Part shown: positions 55,300-64,000 of the stretch, in pieces
Layout: every line of letters begins with the position of its first letter
Numbering within the stretch: position 1 is the first letter of the stretch
Assembly (NCBI GenBank): GCA_951406725.2
Contig: OX597825.1
Span: 37,262,001 to 37,326,000 of the forward strand
Length of the DNA stretch: 64,000 nucleotides
Reading direction: 5' to 3'
Origin: Octopus vulgaris
Taxonomy: Eukaryota
Notes under the pieces: model-generated
The model's input: the letters and a program-made list of their open reading frames with translations, nothing else
The model's database searches: none
Told to the model about the DNA's origin: nothing
Position numbers and translations under genes: made by a program

Positions 55300-57000
55300 C
55301 TACATTGAAACAGCTATAACTCCAAAAACAGACGTTATCTTTCTTCACTATTTTTTTCTTTACTCTTAAAGACACTTATTTGCACACGAGCTATTTCCCT
55401 CGTATCATTAGCTTCAACATATTATTAGTTTCTGCGCGTTTGCCAGCATACATAGTTTTCTTCATATAGTTGTATGTGTGTACTTTTTTCGTGCAAACAT
55501 CTGTCGGTTCTTATGCCAACGCATTACTTTTTATAAATTAGTCCTCACTTTAGCCGCAAAGCATCAAACTATCCCTATTTTTCAAACAGCTCTCATATCG
55601 GAAACCAATATTATCCTTTTGTTGTCCTATGTTCGCTATGACATTTAAATATTTTACCGTAGGCTTACTATATTCGAAATTCCATGTTGTTTTCCATTAT
55701 CAACCAAATTCCAGTAAGATGGAACATGTAGTAACAATATTCCAATGCTGTTGATAATATTAAAGTATTAGTAAAAATAAAGAGACCAAAATTCTAGTAA
55801 TATTCCTCTCTTAATTGCCACCCATTCAAGGTCCTTGATTTTTGCATACAAACCGCTTCTTTCTCTTGACATATTTAATGATATCATTGGATAAAATAGG
55901 TGAAAGCATGGCTGCGGTCCTAAGAAATTCACAAAGAACTTGCTACACGTTCATAGTCTCATGAGCCATTTGTTTCTGCAATAGCCTAACCTTGATACGG
56001 AGAAAGGTTTTTGATTACAATTTGTTTAAAGGTAGCTGTGAGCTACTTCATCGTTTGGACTGTTTTGGCAGCGTAGTTGTAAACCATTGTCCAGTTTGAT
56101 ACATCAGCTGACCCGGCCGTGAGTATCACTAGCAAAGTCCTTAATATAGCAAGTAGTTCAACTAGGCTTATGGTTACGAGAATGCTTTCTTCCGCTATGC
56201 AGCAATATTGTATTGGTACTGACCTTCAATTTGTCATTTACCCATAAAAACAAATTACGATAATACAGTCACACAGATGGTTCAATGATCCTAGAGTTTG
56301 AAATTATATCACATGTTTACTACAATTAGTTCGGATTATGTACATATTTATTACAACTGTTTTTCTAAAATTTTACATTTTACACCAAATATTTACAAGT
56401 TGTCATAAATATTTTTCCCGTGAAACATTTAGAAGTTGTTAAAAGATGTTTTACTTTTATGCCTGCCACCTTCTAGCTAACGTGTAGAACGGTGTTTTTC
56501 TTTAGATCTTCCCATGATTCAACTGGAAAATATTTGACTGTAAGAATTGATCATATTATAGTAAGTACTTCCCAAACAGTAGTACTTAGCTTCTGTTCTT
56601 CATAACAAAGTGATACTTCCTTGTAGCAACCCGTTTGATGCCCGTTATCGATTCTCACACTTATTTAAGTGTGTAACCAGTATCAATATATATCGCAAAA
56701 TCCAGATGCTTTACGATTGTGCATAACTTTTAACTTGTTTATTTCAAATATACTCTGTTACAAATGTCTCTACTTATCTCAACCTAATTACCCTTTTTTT
56801 CCTGGGGGATTACTTTAGACGTGAATTAGTGTTGTAGCATCCAGATCTTCTTTGCAGGTTGACCAATGAGTTCCGCATTTGCTAGCATTTTGAGAAACAT
56901 TTTATAAGTGTCATCCTGTTCATCTTGTGGTTTCCTAACGAAGACTTTCTGATTTGAAGACCCCAACCTCTTAAACTTTTATTCGCTCAAAATATTATCA
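55300..57000 (-). mobile_element. Highly decayed LINE reverse transcriptase (CR1/L2-group-like)
   Basis: Ordered minus-strand remnants HNRKASGFCDI, PQ..MLSPILSN, LFIFTNTLIL (FADD position) and KVHT..TNNM; very degenerate. Confidence 0.45.
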
Positions 57001-58002
57001 ATGACTTAAACTCTTTATCAATCGCCGAATCTTTCATTTCATCGTAGCTTCTTGATGTTCTATTGCAGTTTCCACTTCCCAAATAACAGCATTCCCTTGT
57101 AATGGAATATTTAGGCACTACTTTTATGTCCCTTGCCATAATATTTTCTTATAGCATAACTATTTTCACACGTTCTTGCACGTCACATGTTTTATATCAA
57201 CTGTCTTTTATAATCCACCGAGGGAACCTCTATCTTATATCTCGACCTTCAATAAATAACCGCCAAATCTTCTTCAAATCACACAAGGGCTTTTTCAAGT
57301 AGGAAGTAGCCGTTTATTACAATAAATCATGGTTGTAAAAAAAAAATTTAAAGATTAAAGGATCCATAATCGCTGCTCATAAATCTGCTCGACCATAGCT
57401 GATTTTGGATTACACTACAAAACAATAACAACAAAAGCAGCAACAGTTTACAGCACAAGCTATGGTTCCTCAGCTGAGAATTGTGCGCATTTCTGCATGA
57501 TGAGAAAATGTTATCCACCTCTAGAGTGTTCCTTATTTCAAATGTATTTAAATACGATTAACTAACAATATCCCACCTGTCAAATTCTGCATAGCATTCA
57601 TATATTGTCTTTTTTTTCAATACATTTGTCTATCAACATTAATAAATTCTTGAAAATAGATCAATCTTAAACGTTAGTTTATATTTTAAGCTAGACTTGA
57701 AGCCTTCCTTCGTGAGTCCTGTTGTGTATTGCTTTTAGCATCCCCATAGCATGTTTCTTTCTTCGTCTTAAGCAAATGTACTACGCAGATTTGTCATGCT
57801 TTTCTTGTATATTCTTTCACAAATTCGTCAGGTGCATTTGATGAAACGAATTATTTCTCCTGTATCGGGATCTCAATAATTGCTTAGCCGTTTCTCGTTG
57901 AGAATTGTTTAAAGATAACTAGAAAACACTCCTCTATTTCTAAATATAAATCATGAATTTTTTTATCACCCTGATCTCATGTTAGCAGAGGAATTGTACA
58001 AG

Positions 58003-58004
58003 TT

Positions 58005-58100
<96 letters not shown>

Positions 58101-58102
58101 TC
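58003..58102. repeat. (TTTC)n microsatellite
   Basis: Direct reading. Confidence 0.95.
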
Positions 58103-58409
58103 ATACACACGCACGCACACACAAAATGCTTGCCAATTCTAATATACTGTATGCTGTGTATGCGTTTCTTCGGTTGAAAGTTATAAATCATTTTTTTTTC
58201 ATCTTTATCCTCCATAACGTACCTATTATTTCGAGAATTGTCTTTTATTTTCAATCCTTACATTCTGGATTGTTCTATTTTCAGCCACTTAAAATCATTT
58301 TATTTTCAACTCTTTTGCAGATATGTTGTCGTCTACTGGGATTGAAATGCTGGCAAACACTGTTTTGTCTCATTCCGACTGTCTTTTGTGAATAGTTTCT
58401 GAGAAATGC

Positions 58410-58453
<44 letters not shown>

Positions 58454-60129
58454 GCGAAAAGAAAGTATTACTGAAATGTAAAAACAAAATGAAATAAAAA
58501 TAGTAATTACTGAAATCATCATCAACCCCCTCCTCCTTATCCTCCTCATCATCCTTCACCCTCCTCGTCTTCTTCTTCATCATCATCAGCATCATCATCA
58601 TAATCGTCATCAAAATGAAATATGTGAAAACCATTATTATAATCATTTTAACAGTTAAAGAAATCATCATCATCCTCATTACCACCGCCACCACCACCAC
58701 CTCAATTTTTATTCCCCATCTGCCATTTTTCTTTTGTTTCTGTACCGTGTCGTCATTGTAAAAACAATAAATAAAAATTGTAAAATTAAAAAAGAAATAT
58801 ATGTAGTATTACTAAATAAATAATATAAAAATTCCATCGTGATTTATCAATTGAATGCATTCTACTTTAAAATCTGCCGAGCCGAAATCAACGTAAATTA
58901 TAAAGATAATTGATGGTCGCTTTTATATCCTACTAAAGTTGTTTTCTTTAGCTCAACCTCAGCTGTACCTCACCCATACCCTCACAACTTTGTTGCCATA
59001 TTCATGAGCCACTGATATGTCATTTATCAGACAGTCACATTTTTATTCGTCTCCATTCTGGCTAGTTTCACTTCTTATACGTTTTCTCCCACTTTTTATG
59101 CACATGTACAAACCTACTTACACATAGACAAAAAGTCGTTCGCATACACGGGGCGGCGCATATGGCCATTTTCAGAGATTGCAAGACAGCGTGAGGAGGC
59201 GGAGGAGAAGAAATTATCCCCAGACAAGAGGAAAATTTGTTTAATTATCATTGACAAAAAATAAAGAAGAGAAAAAGAATAACTTATTTGAAATTATGTT
59301 TCTCAGAACAAAACAAATAATTTTCATTTTCACTGTCGGTGTCTTGGTCACCGTCGTAATTATCATCATCATCATCGCTATCCTCTTCTTCTTCTTCCTC
59401 CACCTTCTTCTCCTCTTTCTCCTCCCCTCCTCATCAACAACAACGACGACGACGTCGACAACTGCATTAACAATCAAGACCGATAACAAAAGGAAAGATT
59501 GCAAAACAACATGGTGATCTCCATGTGGTTTTTCGTCTTGCTAGAAACAGTAGACGAATCACCGCCATTGTCTGTAAAAACAAGACACATTGTGTTGTGC
59601 AGTTCTATTTATCCTAGAAAGAACATATACACATGGCAGGAATACTTTTGATCGTGGGTCTGCTGAATCAGGGCTGATCTGAGCTTAAACAACAACACCA
59701 AGAACAGTAGTAACAACAATAGCTGCAGTAACAATAACAACGGCAACCGTTCCTAGACAAAGATAAAAGTATAACATACAGTACAACAGATACGATAAAT
59801 CCTTTAACAAATATAACAATAATTTGAACATAAGCAAATAGCTCCCCTACCCCCCACTACCACGGTAATAACCACCATCACCACTACAATTACCAGACAG
59901 CAACAAGAACATCAACACTGAAATAACACGGGAGGATCTACGCGGTCACTTGACATGCTAAATATAACAGTCGAATATCTCATTTTGTATCCCATCGTCT
60001 TCATAAAAACAGAACCCATCGGATAATGTAGTCATGAATATAATATGGTCCAAACTGGAAAGTTTTTGTTCATGTTAGTCTCCTAGATCTGATCTGAGAT
60101 ACCTGGGTCGTAAAATCTATTACAACATG

Positions 60130-60420
60130 GTTTCTGACTTTGGAGCAAGACTAGGGTGTTAGTCGATTACGCCGACTGAAACTCTATTTTATCGAGACCG
60201 AAGTTACGAAAGGCAAAGTTGACCTCGGTAAGATCTGAGCAAAAAGAGCCGGAATAAATACTGCAGGGTATTTTTCAACACCCTAGCGATTGTGCTATCT
60301 CAAAAATGATAATAGTTTCAAATTTTTACCCAAGGTCAGCAATTTCGGGCAAGGGTATAAGACGGACGAAATGCCGCTAAGCATCTTGTCCGGCGTGCTA
60401 ATGATTATGTCAGGTCGCGA
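60130..60420 (-). mobile_element. Decayed SINE family B pieces
   Basis: tttatcgagacc..aaggcaaagttgacctcgg and gacgaaatgccgctaagcat..ccggcgtgctaa. Confidence 0.55.
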
Positions 60421-61658
60421 CATTCAACACCATTGATGGAATAAAGCAAACTTCTGAGAGACGATACTACACTTTAGCACAACCAGCAATTCACTCACAG
60501 CACAGACACCACTGAAAATGCCTACTAAAAAACCAACATCACCGTCGAACGAACGAGGAAGCATCTATGCGGTCACTGAATTAGCTAGAAACAGCAACCT
60601 TTTTACCCATCAAACTATAATCGCTCCTTTTAAAACAAACAGACTGAAAAATGTAACCCTATTTACAGATGCGTAAAGGAAAACCGTGTGGTAATGGATG
60701 GAAATCCTCGGCAAGTGAAGGCTTGCCTGGTGTTAAAAACAGCAACAGAATGACGGTTATTTTTTCCATCATCATAACTACTATCAGTGCAATTACCTGC
60801 AGCTAGTTCCGTTAAATCTACACTCATCATCACCGTTACGACCACCGAAACGACGGGGAACCTGCTACAAATAGAAATTTGACCTCCTTTATATCACATT
60901 CCGTGGTTTGAGACGAAGGTCATCACACTTGATAATATAGTCCTGCAAGATTCACTATGTTTGGATTAAAAAAAGTGAGGGGGAAAAAAACTAAAAATAA
61001 AAGTGAAAGTAACAGCGGGAACGTTTTTGAAGGTAGATCTGCACTATCAAAGTTGACCTGCAGCTAAACACTTGTTGTCATCGAAGTCAACCGTGTCGGC
61101 AACGGCGGCGACGGTGGTATTGGAGATGACGGCGTATTAACTCTCCTCTTCTCTGTTTTCTCAGAGCTGACTCGAGGCTACACAACTATACTACGACCAT
61201 GAAAGACCTCCCGCCATGCCCGACAAAAACAGGCATCATTTTACCACCACTACCGTCGCACAACTGCCGCCACCACCACCAACTCAGTCACCCCTACCAC
61301 TCTCGCCACCACGGCCACCCCCGCTACCACCACGTCCAGCATACTATTCAATCTTTCTATTTTCAAATATCTCTTGGGAATTATTAGTCAGATAGAATTT
61401 ATTATGGTAGCATTGTTGATCAATCTTAGTCCTCCGTTATTCTTCCTTAGGACAATTAGAACAGTGAAAGCTAAAGCAAGAGGCACATACACATACAAAT
61501 AGTAACAAAACACTGACACATGATCAAGTAAAAAGAAAAAAACATCAACAGGAAACCTGCTTACTACCACACCATCACCAACACCACTACTACCACCACT
61601 TCTCCCAACACCACTACTACCATCGCAGCCGGTGAGGGTAATAGCTGTATGATATTGA

Positions 61659-61759
<101 letters not shown>

Positions 61760-62142
61760 TCGCTGCAGCTATATTGCTATATGGGAATCCTCAGTGATGT
61801 TTCCACCTGCTAAAATAGCGGCTAATTTCACCTTCAAATTATATAACGCAGTCTTGAATGAAGGATGTGTTAGTCTGTGTGCAGAATTTGGTACTTATAT
61901 ATAAAAAGACGGGATTGTGATTACTTGAACTCCTTTGAGGATAACTCATTCCAACAGAGCTGACTTGGTGCCAAAGAATAGCAATAGAAAAATTACAAGA
62001 AAAATAATGCTAATGGATATTATGATGATGATGATATAAGGGAGATATTAACGATAATTGCGATGATTATGATGATGATGACTACGATGATGATGATAAT
62101 GATGATGAAGATAATAGTGACGTCGACGATGATGACGACGAC

Positions 62143-62212
62143 GAAATTTGGAACCGGGGTTCTTATTCCTAAGGTATTTTCGATGTTGTTGTTGTTGTTG
62201 CTGTTGTTGTTG

Positions 62213-62285
<73 letters not shown>

Positions 62286-62552
62286 TATTATTATTATTTT
62301 TATTATTATTATTATTATTGTTCAACTCACTGCTTGGAATCGAACTCCAATAATAATAATAAAATCAAAAAATACCTTAGGAATGAGAATCCAGGTTCGA
62401 AATTTCCTCAAGACACCTGAAGAAAGTTGGAGGGTATATCAGCCGAAACGTTGTGTTAACAACAAACAAGATGAAGACAAATATCCGACGAATGTAAATA
62501 ATGTACATAATGTAAATAATGTACATAATTCCTCATCTCCTAAATATAGAAC
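62143..62552. mobile_element. Second head-to-head pair of family H
   Basis: Minus copy 62348-62143 has the B-box half of the tRNA head and an expanded (AAT)n/(AAC)n. Plus copy 62349-62552 has the hammerhead and the same tail (aattcctcatctc..aaatatagaac) as 21383-21408. Confidence 0.8.
62412..62457 (+). ncRNA. Minimal hammerhead ribozyme motif
   Basis: Stem I GACAC/GTGTT; CTGAAGA; stem II GTTG/CAGC; GAAAC-GTT with loopless palindromic stem III (ACGT), GUU triplet. Confidence 0.75.
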
Positions 62553-63390
62553 AGGAAAAATGCCGCAAAGAAATTTGTTCGACATGCTAACAATTCCGCC
62601 ATTAATGATGACAACAATAAAAACTTATCAACAATTCGGTTCCAGGAGCTAACGTAAGAGCGACAGAAGGAAGTTACTCTGATATACTGGTAAGACAAAA
62701 CAAAGTAAATAAGTAAAAAAAAAAATATTACTGAACCGCAAGTGCAGAAACTTGTATATGAATACCACGTTAAATAGGTAACGTCACTGACGGGAAAACA
62801 CCATTAATCGTCCACAAATGAATAGCATGAAATTATCAAACGTCTAAGAACAATTGTAAAGGAAGAACTTAATAATCTGAGCTAAACAGGAAATTATAAA
62901 AGTAGAAATACCAAAGGAAGTTGATAATACAAAACAATGTGTGCACAGGAACAATAAAAGCACCGTGACACAAAAGGTTGTAACCCCATCTGAATCTTCG
63001 TTAAAACTCAAAATAATTGTAGCAACAGAGAAGTGAGAAATATTAAATCTAACATGACCAAATAATAATGATTTATTTCAATTTTGAAATTTTTATATTA
63101 TTTTAATCTTATTTTTTGAATTTGATTTTAGTAAATTTTTTAATGAACTGAATTGAATTAATATAATTTTATTTATTTATATATTTTTATCTGACTCTGG
63201 CAGATGAAGGATGGCATAATAGAAAGTCCAACAGACAAAAGAAACAATTTAAATTGATAGAATTTATACAAATTGAGGACAGAACAAAGACACTATATGA
63301 CATATTTGCAAATGAGAAATAATTACACAGAAATATAAATGGTGCTACTACTGTTGTTCTTTAGATCCGTATTAATCCGGCAGCTGCAGA

Positions 63391-63788
63391 TTCTTTTCTA
63401 CTCTAGGAACAAGGCCCGAAATTTTGGGGAAGGGAGCCAGTCGATTAGAGTGACTCCAGTACGCAACTGGTAGTTAATTTATCGACCCCAAAAGGATGAA
63501 AGGCAAAATCGACCTCGGTGGAATTTGAACTCAGAACATAATGGCAGACGAATACCTATTTCTTCACAACCCACAAGGGGCTAGACACAGAGAGGACAAA
63601 CAAGGACAGAAAAACGAATTAAGTCGATTATATCGGCACCAGCGCGTAACTGGTGCTTATTTAATCGACCCCGAAAGGATGAAAGGCAAAGTCGACCTCG
63701 GCGGAATTTGAACCCAGAACGTAACGGCAGACAAAATACGGCCACGCATTTCGCCCGGCGTGCTAACGTTTCTGCCGGCTCGCCGCCT
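63391..63788 (-). mobile_element. Dimeric SINE family B
   Basis: Full unit 63788-63557 followed by a second unit starting mid-head (63556-63391) with a different 3' tail. Confidence 0.85.
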
Positions 63789-64000
63789 CCCTGCAGCTAT
63801 AGATTGTGGAACAAAACATTGTAAAGTTTTTTTTTAACAGAATAAATATATCTAGGATTACAATTTCTTGACTAATCCTATCTAAGACTACATTATCCTA
63901 TAATTTCCAATATGTTGAGCGACTACAGAGAGGTCTTTTATTGGCGTGTGTAAATGGTATAGATATAGCATGTATTATGAGATAAAGTTATGTCGAATCA

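Overview
AT-rich, microsatellite-saturated eukaryotic DNA. The repeat repertoire resembles an octopus-type (coleoid cephalopod) genome; this is an inference from recalled repeat families, not a search result. No intact host gene can be supported; most ORFs in the track are translations of simple repeats. Recognisable content is mainly transposon debris. It includes a young 5'-truncated Tx1/L1-clade LINE flanked by (TATC)n, R4/Dong-like and HERO-like restriction-endonuclease LINE remnants, a decayed near-full Penelope-like element (PLE) with GIY-YIG fragments elsewhere, mariner/maT remnants and several tRNA-derived SINE families. The most striking signal is a recurrent architecture seen about 11 times: two 5'-truncated copies of a PLE 3' end joined head-to-head as a fold-back, usually with one arm carrying an extra tail and usually flanked by (TA)n. 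Many carry minimal hammerhead ribozyme motifs with palindromic stem III. One such family has a tRNA-like Pol III head fused through (AAT)n to a hammerhead-bearing PLE-type 3' end, making it a candidate Penelope-mobilised ribozyme SINE. A few weak exon candidates are also noted. All coordinates and motifs were read by eye.
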